From assembly GCA_018883245.1 (NCBI GenBank), contig VEQL01000010.1, positions 9,514 to 73,513 on the forward strand: DNA of 64,000 bases. The letters are read 5' to 3'. The notes beneath the pieces were generated by a model, which was not told the DNA's origin, made no database searches, and saw only the letters and a program-made list of their open reading frames with translations. Positions 37,764 to 48,588 of the stretch are shown piece after piece. Source of the DNA: Chthoniobacterales bacterium. Lineage in GTDB: Bacteria; Verrucomicrobiota; Verrucomicrobiia; Chthoniobacterales; JACTMZ01. Position numbers and translations under genes: made by a program. Within the stretch, counting starts at the first letter, position 1; every line of letters starts with the position of its first letter.

Positions 37764-38458
37764 GGCGTCCCGCTCGCGTCGGAAACAATGCGTCCGTCCT
37801 TCATGCGCAATACGCGCTGCGCGTGGCTCGCAATCTCCAGATCGTGGGTCACGAGAACGAGGGTGGCGCGATGCTCCTGCTGCAAGCGGATAAGAAGTTC
37901 CATGATGTGTGCCGAGTTTTTGCTGTCGAGGTTACCGGTCGGCTCGTCTGCGAGGAGAATGGAGGGCCGGTTGACCAAGCTGCGCGCGATGGCTGCGCGC
38001 TGGCGTTCCCCCCCGGATAACTTGACCGGCAAATGATCCATTCGATGACCGAGGCCCACGGATTCAAGCAACTCGGCAGCGCGCTTTCTGCGCTCGCACC
38101 GCGGGATGGTCAGCCCAAATGTCGGAATCTGCACATTTTCCTCGATGGTGAATGTCGGAAGGAGGTGGAACGACTGGAAAATGAAGCCTATCTCGCGGGC
38201 TCGGTAGGCCGCCGGATCCTGCAACTCCTGGAGCGAACGTCCGCGGTAGCGCAGGACGCCGCCGCTCGGTGCATCAAGAAGGCCGAGAATGTTCAGGAGC
38301 GTGGTCTTCCCGCACCCGCTGGGCCCGACGATCGAAACAAACTCCCCATCACGAATGCTGAAATCCAAACCCTGCAAGGCGGGCACCCGGCCGTCGTCAT
38401 ACTCCTTGGCCAGACCCGCCGCCTCGAAGAGGACGCCGTTGGAATCAGTCGCGGGCAT
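37760..38458 (-). CDS. ABC transporter ATP-binding protein (LolD-like)
   Basis: GPSGCGKT, LSGGERQR, LADEPTGNLD, VTHD. Confidence 0.93.
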   Translation of the reverse strand: MPATDSNGVLFEAAGLAKEYDDGRVPALQGLDFSIRDGEFVSIVGPSGCGKTTLLNILGLLDAPSGGVLRYRGRSLQELQDPAAYRAREIGFIFQSFHLLPTFTIEENVQIPTFGLTIPRCERRKRAAELLESVGLGHRMDHLPVKLSGGERQRAAIARSLVNRPSILLADEPTGNLDSKNSAHIMELLIRLQQEHRATLVLVTHDLEIASHAQRVLRMKDGRIVSDASGTP

Positions 38459-38471
38459 CAGGCATGGCCGG

Positions 38472-39413
38472 TCAGGCGGCCGGGGAAACGTTCCACTGGC
38501 TGCCCACACGCGGATCGGCGAGGCACTTGAAAAGATCGGCGAAGGCCGCGCGATAGTTGGGAAAAGGGACGGTGTCGCCTTCGTCCGTCGGAACGATCAA
38601 ATGCGTGTTGTTCGGCAACTCGTGGTAAGGCAGCGAACCCTTCACATGATGCACGCCGTGCAGAGGCTGGTGAAGAAGGCTCACGGAGACGAATTTGCCT
38701 TTCCAGTCCAAGTTGAGGATGCTGCGCGTCGCGCTCCGCCCCGTGTTGCCGCACAACCCGACGTGCTCGATGTATTTGCGCCAGCTCTGCATGTTGCCGG
38801 CTATGAAAGCCGGTATGAAATAAAGCACGAGGAACCAGATCCACGCGTCAAACCGCGCGACGAACCACAAGACAGCGGTCCAGAACACAACCATGAGCCA
38901 GAACTCGAGCCAGATGCGGCGGCGCGCCCGACGGTTCGTGATCGGCGAGTTGGGGACGAAGAAAAAACGCCAGAACAACCACGGCGTGTAAAAGAAGCCG
39001 AAGTTAAGCTCGAGAAAGGCGGCGAGGCGCCGCCACCAGAGCGGCTGCTTCGGATCCACAAACGGCCAAAGCTCCACATCCTTCACCGTGGCGACGTTGA
39101 CATGGTGCTGCTGGTGCAGCACGCGGTAGAGGGTGAGCGAACTGAGACTGCAAGCAGCTACCAAAAGACCGTCGAACTCGTTCCAAACCCTGTTCTTCCG
39201 CAGGATCCCGTGAGCCGCCTCGTGGAAAGCGAGCAGCATCGCATGCATCAGGTGGCTGGAAAGAAGCACAAGGGGCACAAGCGGCAGCCACCAGCGGTAA
39301 TAAAGACAGACGATCATCGCGGCGGCCGTAAGGTAATAGGCCGCGGAGACAATGGTGAACGACGCACGGTTGGCCCAGGGCTCCCACCCACCTGTTTCAG
39401 TTTGTCGGCTCAT
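38472..39413 (-). CDS. Membrane fatty-acid desaturase family protein
   Basis: Three His boxes HEAAH, HQQHH, HGVHH; TM segments. Confidence 0.88.
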   Translation of the reverse strand: MSRQTETGGWEPWANRASFTIVSAAYYLTAAAMIVCLYYRWWLPLVPLVLLSSHLMHAMLLAFHEAAHGILRKNRVWNEFDGLLVAACSLSSLTLYRVLHQQHHVNVATVKDVELWPFVDPKQPLWWRRLAAFLELNFGFFYTPWLFWRFFFVPNSPITNRRARRRIWLEFWLMVVFWTAVLWFVARFDAWIWFLVLYFIPAFIAGNMQSWRKYIEHVGLCGNTGRSATRSILNLDWKGKFVSVSLLHQPLHGVHHVKGSLPYHELPNNTHLIVPTDEGDTVPFPNYRAAFADLFKCLADPRVGSQWNVSPAA

Positions 39414-39445
39414 GTCATGCACACGCTTTCGACTTGTTGCACCTG

Positions 39446-40783
39446 TCAGCGGCAGACTTCCGACAGCACCGCACGGAACAGACGGTCCAATTCCTCCATA
39501 TCCGAACGGGTGGCGGCTGATGGTCGCCTCAGCCAGGTAAGGATGATCCGTTTGCCATCCTCCGTCAGATCGCACCCGATGTCAAAACGCGACGTGCCGC
39601 TCGAAAGGCTGCGCAGGCTGGAACTCATTCCGGGTATCTCGATACCCGGGAACGGGTGGTTGTGCACGCCGAAGCGCACGTCATAGACCGAATGACGGGC
39701 CCGCGGCGCGTCATTCTCCACTGCCGCGGCCAACTCGACGAACGGCATGGCCCGCGCAAAATCCTCGACGACTTGGTTGTGAAGATTCTTCAGGGTCCGG
39801 TTGAAGGGTGCACCGGAGTCGATGATGCTTCGCAGGGGAACATTCGCCGAAAAATATCCCATGGTCTCGCGAAGCGAAGTCTTTGCGCGTCCGGCAACGG
39901 GGGCACCGACCACCACATCGTTCGCGCCTTTCCATCGGTGCAAGGCCAGACGGAATGCGGCGAGAAGCGTGCTGAAAAGCGTCACCCCTTCGCGACGGGC
40001 GGTCGCGCGCGCCGGCTCCGCCAGGTCAGCCGGAAGGCTGGTGTCCCACTTCTCCAATTGATCGGATACCGCGCCGGCGACGTCGAACAAGGGACGGCTG
40101 CCGCCCAACCGCGAACGCCAATAGTCCGCATGCCCGGAAATTTCGCCGGGCTGCCAGCGGGCGCGTTCGCCTGCACCCCACGCGGAATAAGTCACCGGCA
40201 AAGGCGGCAGCGAATCACGCATGCCGCTGAGGCGCGACATATCTTTGCCGGAGGCGCGCCAGAGACTGATGCAAGCGGTGTAGAGGTCCTCAACGAAACT
40301 CGTCACCGACCAGCCGTCGGCGATGGCATGGTGGATCGTGAGACCCAGCGCGTTGTGATCGGGACCGCGCCGCACCATTTGCAGACGGTAAAGCGGACCA
40401 CGCAGAAGATCGAAGGGACGGCGAAACCCTTCCTCCATCGAAGCGATGATTTCCTCGTCGCCGGCGGACGGGTCGTCGATTTCGCGATATTCGATCGCCG
40501 GCTCCGCCTGCGCGCGGATCATTTGCAAAGGGCGGTCCTTGCCGGGAAGAAAAGACGTCCGCATGACCTCCTGCCTCGCAACCACCATGCACAAGGCCTC
40601 GCGGCACATGTCGAAAGTGAGCGGACCGGTGAGGTCGATGAACGAACGGATGTGGTTCGACGGGTCCCCGGGCGCGACCGGTGAAGTCTCCCATAACTCG
40701 CGCTGGGGGAACGTCATCGGCACAAGCCGCACCTGACCGCTCGCCACCAAATCCTGCAACTTCGACTTGAGGTCTTTCTGCAT
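39446..40783 (-). CDS. Stand-alone NRPS-type condensation domain protein
   Basis: PMTFPQRELW, RQEVMRTSF, PFDL..GPL.R, intact HHAIADGWS; no A or T domain. Confidence 0.9.
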   Translation of the reverse strand: MQKDLKSKLQDLVASGQVRLVPMTFPQRELWETSPVAPGDPSNHIRSFIDLTGPLTFDMCREALCMVVARQEVMRTSFLPGKDRPLQMIRAQAEPAIEYREIDDPSAGDEEIIASMEEGFRRPFDLLRGPLYRLQMVRRGPDHNALGLTIHHAIADGWSVTSFVEDLYTACISLWRASGKDMSRLSGMRDSLPPLPVTYSAWGAGERARWQPGEISGHADYWRSRLGGSRPLFDVAGAVSDQLEKWDTSLPADLAEPARATARREGVTLFSTLLAAFRLALHRWKGANDVVVGAPVAGRAKTSLRETMGYFSANVPLRSIIDSGAPFNRTLKNLHNQVVEDFARAMPFVELAAAVENDAPRARHSVYDVRFGVHNHPFPGIEIPGMSSSLRSLSSGTSRFDIGCDLTEDGKRIILTWLRRPSAATRSDMEELDRLFRAVLSEVCR

Positions 40784-40792
40784 GACCGAAGG

Positions 40793-43700
40793 TCAAGCCG
40801 CACCAACGGGTCTGGCTTCTTTGCCATCCCTCGCACGATCTGCGGGCTGAACATCGCCCAGATCGACGTCCGCCAAGGCATCGAGATCGACCTCCTCGAG
40901 CGACACCTCCTCGACAGCAGCCGGGGCCGCAGCCGCCGGATTTTGTTCACCACCGAGATGACCATGAATAAGAGAGGCGATCTGACCAATCGTGCGGGCA
41001 CGCATCAAACTCGTGGGAGGCAAGGCCACGCCTATTGAAGCCTCGATGAGATTTTCGATCTCCACGCCCATGAGCGAATCCAGTCCGAGATCGGTCAAAG
41101 GTTGATCCGGGCGCAGGGAATCCGGTTTGACGCGCAGAACGGAGCCGACAACTTCCTGCAGAGCCTGCACGATGACCGCCTCCTTGGCGTCAGCAGGCGC
41201 CGCCTCGATGCGCAGCCGCCAGTCTCCGGTCTTACCCGCGGATTCCTCGAGTTCCACGCCCGCGGCGAAGATGCGCTCGAGCAAACGGTTCTCCTGCAAT
41301 CCGCGAAAAGCCTGTCTCCATTTGGCCCAATCGACCCGCATCGCCGCGGCCTGGGTGGCATCCGCGTCGAGAAACGACTCGAGAATGGATGTGACTTCCG
41401 ATGGTTCGAGAGCCGCCGTTCCTTGGCGGAGGAGATACTCCGCGACTTTCTCGTTGCGAGCCACATAACCGTCTCCGCCGAGAACACCCCAGTTCACAGC
41501 CAAGGCAGGCAGTCCCAATGAACGCCTGTGGTGCGCCAGGGAATCAAGAAATGCATTGGCCGCCGCGTAATTCCCCTGGCCCGGATTCCCAAAAACGCTG
41601 GAGGCCGAGGAAAAAAGGACGAACGCGTCGAGGTCGAGGGATTTTGTTTCTTCGTGGAGATGCAGGGCACCGAGCGCCTTGGGCTGCAGGACGGTTGCGA
41701 ATCTCTCGGGCGTGAGTTCGGATAGCGGCGCATCGTCGATCGCCATTGCGAGATGGAACACACCTTTGAGAGGCCGTTTCGTAGCGCGTATTTCGGAGAA
41801 CGCGCGCCTCGTGTCTTCCGCGGAACCGGCATCGGCTTTGACCGCGAGAACCGTGACCCCCGCGGCTTCCAGTTCCGCGACAAATTCTTTTGCACCGTCG
41901 GTATCGATTCCCCGGCGACCGGCGAGCACAAGATGGCGCGCGCCGCGCGTGGCCAGCCATCGAGCGAGAACTTTTCCGAAGCCCCCGAATCCCCCCGTGA
42001 CAAGGTAGGTTGCGTCCGGATCCACCGCGAACGGCGCATGCGGCTCCGCGCCACGCCGCAGGAGGAACGGTTCGGCAAACGCGAGAAGCACTTTGCCGGT
42101 ATGCTTGCCCGCAGCCATGAGACGAAAAGCAGCATCGGCACGGCACGCCGGGAACGAGCGGTAGGGAAGCGGCCGCAGAGCCCCCTGCTCCATCAATCCG
42201 GCAATCTCGGCCAGAAGTTCGCGAGTCAGCTCCTCGTCGCCCGCAAAAACCGCATCCATGGCAACAACGTGGAAGGAGACGTTGCGCCGCATGTGCCACA
42301 GCGGAAGCTTCGAGTTCTGGTAAATGTCGCGTTTGCCGATCTCGATGAAGCGACCGAACTCCGCGAGGCAGGAAAGGCCCATGGGTATCGCCTCGCCCGC
42401 AAGGGCGTTGAGCACCACATCGACACCCTTCCCGCCGGTCAGCTCCATCACGCGCTCGGCAAAATCCCCGCGCCGCGAATCCACGACATGATCGACTCCG
42501 AGAGTGGAAAGAAGAGAGCGCTTCGCTTGGCTTCCCGCGGAAGCAATCACCTTCGCGCCGAGGTGGCGCGCGATCTGGATCGCGGCCATGCCGACGCCAC
42601 CGGCGCCCGAGTGGACCAAGACCGTCTCACCTTTGCGGAGGCGGGCGACGTTTTTCAGCGAGTGCCATGCCGTCATGAACACAACAGGCACCGTCGCGGC
42701 CTCCTCGAACGTCACGCCCTCCGGTATGCAACGCACGTCCGCGGCACGTGCGAGGGTGTGCGTGGCAAGACCGAACACCGCAAGGCCGAAAACACGGTCG
42801 CCGACTTTCACGTGCCCGACCCCGTCGCCGACGGCAACAATCTCGCCGCCCACTTCATCACCGAACATCCGCGCGTCGGCCGTTTCCGCCGGGTAAAGGC
42901 CGAGAGCTTTGAGCACATCGCGAAAGTTCAAGGCGGCAGCCTTCACGCGGATCAGCACCTCGCCCGGACCGGGCGCCGGCATGGCAAAAGCCGTGAACTT
43001 CAAACTGTCGAGACTGCCGCGCTCGCGCGACTCAAGCCGCATCGGGACATCTGCGCCCAGCGTTTTGTCCCGCAGGGGCAAACCCCGCGCGAGTCTCTGC
43101 ACGTAGCGCGCTTCGCCACGCAAGGCCACCTCGCGCTCTGCGTCTTTGCGCTGAAGTTCCGACCACAGCATCTCGCCGTCGCCGGCGCGAGCCACGGGCG
43201 GAAGGTCGATCGCATGACTGGTTATCGAAGGATGCTCGCTCAGAAAAACGCGGAACAGCCCGATGCAAGCCCCCGCGGCGGGGGAAACATCCGCCGGGTC
43301 ACGCCCTGCCGGCTGCGCCCCGCGCGTGACAAGATCCAGCCTTACCTTTCCGTGCGGAGCGAATATTTCGAGGGCATGCGCGAGGTGCAAAAATGCGTCC
43401 GTTCCCATCAGGGCGTCCGTTGAATCCCCGGCATCGAGGCTCCAAAAATAAACAAAGCGCTGCGGCCGGTCGGCCGAGGACCAATCGTCGATCAACCGGC
43501 GCCAATTTTCCGGAGCATCAGGCTGCACGATGCTCGTATCGGCATCGGCCGAGGCAAATGTCTCCCCCCGCTTCACAACACGGCACCGCGCCCCGCACTC
43601 ACGCAATCGCACGGCCAGTGCGTCGCCGAAACCATGGTCATCGGCGAAAACAACCCACGACTTCTCGTCCAACTCCGCGGCTTGCGACAGCTCCGGTTTC

Positions 43701-46700
43701 GGCGCTGCCCAAGCCTTGCGGGCGAGCACGCCGATTTGCCCTTCGCCACCCTCGGGATCGCGCATGCCGGGAAGGCTGGCCACCTCGGAGAATCCGCAAT
43801 CACGAAGCACCTCCTCCCACTGCTGCCGGGAGAGCAAAGGGTGCTCGGGCCGAAGATCACTGTCCTTGAGATTCCACCATCCGCTGGTGAGACCGAAGAT
43901 CGATTCGGTCCACAGACGCGGAGATGCCACATCCATGAAAGCAAGCGTGCCGCCCGGGGCGAGAAGACCGTGAAGATTCCGCAGGGCCGACCGCAAATCG
44001 GCGGCGGCGTGCAGAACGTTGGTTCCGACAATGAAATCGAATGTGCCGTCTTCGAAGTCCTGCTCGGCCGGACTGCGGTCGAGGTTGTAAATCCGGTATT
44101 CGACCTCGGGAAATGCCGCGAGTTTTTGCTGGGCTGCGCTGAAGAATCCCGTCGAAACGTCGGAAAATACGTAGGTGTGCAAGCCGCGCTCGAGTTGCGA
44201 GAGCACATGGGAAGCAAGCCCGGCTGTGCCCGCGCCAACTTCCAAAATGCGCAGGCCGCGACCTTCCGGCAGCGAGTCTGCCGCCCTGCGCACGGCCGCA
44301 CCGATCGCCGCCAGCCAGTGACTGGCATACAAACCGTCGCCGTAAAACTGCTCCAGCCAATCCGTGCCCGCACCGGCAAAAAGCACCTGCACCGCATCCT
44401 TCTCACCGCGCATGATGGAACCGAATTCGGCCCCGGTTGCCGCGCACAACAAACCTTCGGAGGTGTGTCCCGGAACTCGCGCCAGAAAATCACGCAAAAG
44501 GTGCGGCGCGGAGTCCGCAACCCGGCCAAAACTTTCCCTCGTCCGCCACGATTCGCCTTGGCACTCCTCCAGCAGTCCGCGTTTGGCCAGTTTGGCGGCA
44601 AGCCGCTGGAAGACCCTGCGCATGCCGGGCGCGACGCGCAGCGAATCCGCGGTGAATGACCCGCCATTGACACCCATGCCGCGAAGGCCCGCGGCAACTT
44701 GCGCGGCGGCGACTGCATCTTCCTCCACCATCACGGCCTCCAGGCGTTCTTTGCCGCGAAGGTCCAGCACCGCATCGAGCGCTGATGCCGCGGACTCATG
44801 CAGCGCAGCCAAAGGCAACGGCGGCTGTGCAACCGGCGTGCTGTCCGCAGCGCACCTTTCCCAGTCCACGTGATAGACAAGCTCCCTCCCCTCGCCCGTG
44901 GGAGAGCCCGCACGCCGGGCCGAACTGAGCGCGACCGCACGAAAACCGTCCGCCAAAACACAGGGCGCGCCATCGGTGTCATAGACACCAATCCGCCCTT
45001 CCGTCAGTTCGTCGTTGCAATTGAGCACGCGGGCCCGAACACGGCAGGCAGCGCCGGGCGGACGCAAATAAAGGATGCGGGAGAAGCGGACCGGCAGCTT
45101 CAGCTTGACGCCGCGACTTTCAACCGTGCGGGCACCCGCGGAAAAAACGTGGAGCGCGCCGTCCATGATGACGGGATGCAGGGCATATTCCGCCGCCCGC
45201 TGCGCGGCGACCTCGGAAAGCGTGACGAGCCCCGCGGACTCTCCGTTGCGGGCGAACAACTCGCGGGCGGCGCGGAATTCGGGGCCGTAGCGCAACCCGC
45301 GGTTGCGTTTGTGCTCGTAGTGCTCGTCGATGTCCGCCGGATCGAGTTCCCCTTCCGGCCCGCGCCAGCGCGTGGCTTCGAATGAAGATTCCACCCTCTC
45401 GGCGCGCAGCGAGCCGACAACGTGCACCGACCAAGTCGTCGAGGGCTCGAAGCGGCTTTGGATTGTGAAGGAGCGCTCGGCCGGATCATAGGACAGTTCC
45501 ATGACGAGTGTTTCGACGGCTTCGGGCAAAATGAGCGGCTTGCGGATTTCGAAGTCCTCGATGGCAAAGGGCCGCCCCTCGAACAACTGGACACCGGCTT
45601 CGAGAACCATGGCGATGAAGCCGGCTGCAGGAAACACGATATGATTGTCCACGCGGTGATCGCGCAGGTAGGCCATGTGGCGTTCGTCAAGACGGGCGCT
45701 CCAAGTCGGAAGCGATCGGGGCAGGCGCGCGTCGAGCAGCCCCCGGCCACCGGGAGCGAGCCGGCTGCTGCGCACGTCCGAAGACTCGTGCCACCAGCGC
45801 TCTTTTTTCCACGGGTAGGAAGGCAGCACCAGCTGGGTCCGCGACGGGATCATGGCCGCGAAATCGACGGTCGCACCCAGGTTGTTCATCTCCAGCGCGG
45901 CTTCCATCATGGCCTGCTGCTCGCGCTCGCGGCGCGTCGAGGAGACAACCGGGGCTTTGACACCGTTGTCGGCGAGGCACTCTTGGATGGACAGAGCCAG
46001 CGCGGGATGCGCGCTGATCTCAAGCCACACGTCCACGCCTTCCTGCGCCATGGACTTCACGGCAGAAACAAAGCGAACAGGATTTCGGATCCCCGAGGCC
46101 CAGTAAGACGCGGTGCATTCGCGCCCCGGACACAGAGCGCCCGTCACCGTGCTGAAGAATGGAATCGTGCCATCTTCCGGCTGCAAGCCGGCAAGGGCCT
46201 TCTCCAATTCGGCCGCCGCGGGTTGCATGAGTGCGTGGTGGAAGGGGTGCTGCACGCGCACAAAGCGGTTGAAAACACCTCGTGCCTCCAATTCGGCGGC
46301 CATTTTTTCGAGGGGCGGCTTGAGCCCCGCGATGGTGAGCGAACGCGGACCGTTGAAAGCCGCGATACTCGCTGCCGGGTCGTGCCGCGAAATAAGTTCG
46401 AGGACTTCGTCTTCCGGCAAGCCGACCGCCAGCATGGCACCTTCGTTGCGTGCGCAACCCGACATGAAGCGGGCACGCATGACAATGATGCGCGCCGCCA
46501 CATCAAGCGAAAGAATCCCCGCGACACAGACCGCCGCCAACTCGCCCACACTGTGTCCGGTGATGAGCGAAGGGGTGATGCCCCAGGATTTCCAGAGTTC
46601 CGACAGCGCGATCTGCATGGCGAAAATGGCCGGTTGCCCGACTTCCGTTTCCGCCAAGCGTGTTTCGTTCTCGTCCTTGGCAAGCTCCTCGAGCAAAGAG

Positions 46701-48454
46701 AACGAGGCGTGCGGCGCCATGGCACGCGCACAAGCCTCCATCGTCTCGCGGAATACTTTCTCCGTGCGCATCAACTCGCGCCCCATGCCCCACCACTGCG
46801 GCCCCTGACCGCTCATAACAAACCCCACGCGCGGAGCTTTTTCCGGCTGGGGAGCGAAAGAACTTTTCAATCCGGCGGCGGCGCCGTCCGCCACGAAGGA
46901 GCGCAATTCCCCGGAGAGTTCACTCGCCGAGAGAGGGGCCCCAGTGAGCCGGTAGGCATGGTGATTGCGTCGTGCCCCGAGAGTGTAGGCAAGATCGCAA
47001 AGCAAATTGCCGCCGCCATTGGACGCGGTTTTCGCATCGATCCAAGCGGCCAATTCGGCAGCCGCCGCCTTGAGCGATTCCTCCGAACGCGCCGAGAGCG
47101 TGACCGGCCACGCGCGCTCTGTCGCGATACCGCCGCCATCCAGACGCGGCTGCTTGGGAGGCTCCGAAACAATGACGTGAGCATTGGCCCCGCCAAAACC
47201 GAATGAGTTGACCCCCGCGATGCGCTCCGCGTCCGCCCCGCCGGGAAAATCCTCGGTTCGAGTCGGAACCCTCAACTTCGCAGCCCCGAAGTCGATGTGC
47301 GGACTGGGCGTGGTGAAGTGAATATTAGCCGGGATCCGGCCGCGATTGACCACCAAGGCGGCCTTGATGAGACCCGCCACACCGGCCGCAGTCTCCAGAT
47401 GGCCGAGATTCGTTTTGACCGAGCCTATGACAAGAGGCCTTCCGTCCGCGCGCCCCGGGCAAAGGGCGCGGGAGAGGGCATGCGCCTCAATGGGATCACC
47501 CACCGCCGTCCCCGTTCCGTGGGCCTCGACGTAGCCGACAGACAAAGGATCGATACCCGCGTCCGCACACGCCTCGCGCACCAGACGCGCTTGTGCTTCC
47601 TCGCCCGGAAGCATGATGCCGTTGGTGTGACCGTCCTGGTTCGCGGAAGTGCCGCGTATGATAGCGTAGATCGGGTCGCCGTCTTCAAGGGCTTTGGACA
47701 ACGGCTTGAGCAAAACCATCCCAGCCCCCTCCCCCCGCACGAATCCGTTGGCCGATGCGTCGAACGCGCGGCAACGTCCGTCGGGTGAAAGCATCGAGGC
47801 CTGCGAGAATCCGATGAATCCGTCCGGCGTAATCATGACGGTCACTCCGCCGGCAAGAGCTGCCGCGCACCGTCTCTCGCGCAAATGCTCGCACGCAACA
47901 TGGACGGCGGTGAGCGCCGAAGAGCACGCCGTATCCATCGCGATGCTCGGCCCGGTCAGGTTGAGGCAGTAGGAAATGCGGTTGGCGGCAATGCTGTGCG
48001 CATTGCCGGTGGGCGAATGCGCGCTTATGCCGGTGCGGTCGGACGCCCCGCCTTGGATATTCTGGTAGTCCGTGTGCGAAATACCGGCGAAGACGCCGAT
48101 GTCCGTGCCGTTGCGTTGGTCCAGCACGATGCCTGCATCCTCGATCGCCTCCCAAGCCGTCTCGAGAAGCAGGCGCTGCTGCGGGTCGATGAACGGCGCC
48201 TCGCGCGGAGAAATCCCGAAAAACTGCGGGTCGAACAGGTCGATGCCGTTGATGAAGCCTCCGTGCTTGGCCATCGATTTTCCGGGCAACCCCGGCTGCG
48301 GATCGTAAAACCTCGCGATATTCCAGCGATCCGGCGGAATTTCCACCACGGCATCGCGCCCCTCATCGAGAAATTTCCAGAAGTCCTCGACATTGTTCAG
48401 CCCCCCGGGAAAACGGAGACCCATGCCGATGATCGCGATTTGTTCCTGTTGCAT
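40793..48454 (-). CDS. Single-module highly reducing type I PKS (KS-AT-DH-cMT-ER-KR-ACP)
   Basis: KS DTACSS/EAHGTGT/NLGH; AT GHSVG and HPFH; DH HRVDNHIVFP; MT LEVGAGT; ER HSGAGGVG; KR TGGFGGFG/YAAAN; ACP LGLDSL; no TE. Confidence 0.95.
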   Translation of the reverse strand: MQQEQIAIIGMGLRFPGGLNNVEDFWKFLDEGRDAVVEIPPDRWNIARFYDPQPGLPGKSMAKHGGFINGIDLFDPQFFGISPREAPFIDPQQRLLLETAWEAIEDAGIVLDQRNGTDIGVFAGISHTDYQNIQGGASDRTGISAHSPTGNAHSIAANRISYCLNLTGPSIAMDTACSSALTAVHVACEHLRERRCAAALAGGVTVMITPDGFIGFSQASMLSPDGRCRAFDASANGFVRGEGAGMVLLKPLSKALEDGDPIYAIIRGTSANQDGHTNGIMLPGEEAQARLVREACADAGIDPLSVGYVEAHGTGTAVGDPIEAHALSRALCPGRADGRPLVIGSVKTNLGHLETAAGVAGLIKAALVVNRGRIPANIHFTTPSPHIDFGAAKLRVPTRTEDFPGGADAERIAGVNSFGFGGANAHVIVSEPPKQPRLDGGGIATERAWPVTLSARSEESLKAAAAELAAWIDAKTASNGGGNLLCDLAYTLGARRNHHAYRLTGAPLSASELSGELRSFVADGAAAGLKSSFAPQPEKAPRVGFVMSGQGPQWWGMGRELMRTEKVFRETMEACARAMAPHASFSLLEELAKDENETRLAETEVGQPAIFAMQIALSELWKSWGITPSLITGHSVGELAAVCVAGILSLDVAARIIVMRARFMSGCARNEGAMLAVGLPEDEVLELISRHDPAASIAAFNGPRSLTIAGLKPPLEKMAAELEARGVFNRFVRVQHPFHHALMQPAAAELEKALAGLQPEDGTIPFFSTVTGALCPGRECTASYWASGIRNPVRFVSAVKSMAQEGVDVWLEISAHPALALSIQECLADNGVKAPVVSSTRREREQQAMMEAALEMNNLGATVDFAAMIPSRTQLVLPSYPWKKERWWHESSDVRSSRLAPGGRGLLDARLPRSLPTWSARLDERHMAYLRDHRVDNHIVFPAAGFIAMVLEAGVQLFEGRPFAIEDFEIRKPLILPEAVETLVMELSYDPAERSFTIQSRFEPSTTWSVHVVGSLRAERVESSFEATRWRGPEGELDPADIDEHYEHKRNRGLRYGPEFRAARELFARNGESAGLVTLSEVAAQRAAEYALHPVIMDGALHVFSAGARTVESRGVKLKLPVRFSRILYLRPPGAACRVRARVLNCNDELTEGRIGVYDTDGAPCVLADGFRAVALSSARRAGSPTGEGRELVYHVDWERCAADSTPVAQPPLPLAALHESAASALDAVLDLRGKERLEAVMVEEDAVAAAQVAAGLRGMGVNGGSFTADSLRVAPGMRRVFQRLAAKLAKRGLLEECQGESWRTRESFGRVADSAPHLLRDFLARVPGHTSEGLLCAATGAEFGSIMRGEKDAVQVLFAGAGTDWLEQFYGDGLYASHWLAAIGAAVRRAADSLPEGRGLRILEVGAGTAGLASHVLSQLERGLHTYVFSDVSTGFFSAAQQKLAAFPEVEYRIYNLDRSPAEQDFEDGTFDFIVGTNVLHAAADLRSALRNLHGLLAPGGTLAFMDVASPRLWTESIFGLTSGWWNLKDSDLRPEHPLLSRQQWEEVLRDCGFSEVASLPGMRDPEGGEGQIGVLARKAWAAPKPELSQAAELDEKSWVVFADDHGFGDALAVRLRECGARCRVVKRGETFASADADTSIVQPDAPENWRRLIDDWSSADRPQRFVYFWSLDAGDSTDALMGTDAFLHLAHALEIFAPHGKVRLDLVTRGAQPAGRDPADVSPAAGACIGLFRVFLSEHPSITSHAIDLPPVARAGDGEMLWSELQRKDAEREVALRGEARYVQRLARGLPLRDKTLGADVPMRLESRERGSLDSLKFTAFAMPAPGPGEVLIRVKAAALNFRDVLKALGLYPAETADARMFGDEVGGEIVAVGDGVGHVKVGDRVFGLAVFGLATHTLARAADVRCIPEGVTFEEAATVPVVFMTAWHSLKNVARLRKGETVLVHSGAGGVGMAAIQIARHLGAKVIASAGSQAKRSLLSTLGVDHVVDSRRGDFAERVMELTGGKGVDVVLNALAGEAIPMGLSCLAEFGRFIEIGKRDIYQNSKLPLWHMRRNVSFHVVAMDAVFAGDEELTRELLAEIAGLMEQGALRPLPYRSFPACRADAAFRLMAAGKHTGKVLLAFAEPFLLRRGAEPHAPFAVDPDATYLVTGGFGGFGKVLARWLATRGARHLVLAGRRGIDTDGAKEFVAELEAAGVTVLAVKADAGSAEDTRRAFSEIRATKRPLKGVFHLAMAIDDAPLSELTPERFATVLQPKALGALHLHEETKSLDLDAFVLFSSASSVFGNPGQGNYAAANAFLDSLAHHRRSLGLPALAVNWGVLGGDGYVARNEKVAEYLLRQGTAALEPSEVTSILESFLDADATQAAAMRVDWAKWRQAFRGLQENRLLERIFAAGVELEESAGKTGDWRLRIEAAPADAKEAVIVQALQEVVGSVLRVKPDSLRPDQPLTDLGLDSLMGVEIENLIEASIGVALPPTSLMRARTIGQIASLIHGHLGGEQNPAAAAPAAVEEVSLEEVDLDALADVDLGDVQPADRARDGKEARPVGAA

Positions 48455-48588
48455 TTTGTGGGCGCAGCCCGGTCCGGCAGGCCAACCGGGGGCGCCACCG
48501 AATCATCAGAACGCCACCGTTTGTATTCTGACACGTTGAAAACCCCGCGATCAAGAACGGCGGCGGTTTGCGGCAGTTTTTTCGCGGG

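Noticed and set aside
25289..39686. Long alternative ORFs (25289-26821 +, 33049-34758 -, 36534-37706 +, 38289-39686 +)
   Set aside because: Each overlaps well-supported genes on the opposite strand and has no domain signal
41753..47206. Long plus-strand ORFs (556 and 594 aa) opposite the PKS
   Set aside because: Antisense shadow frames typical of high-GC codon bias; no recognisable motifs
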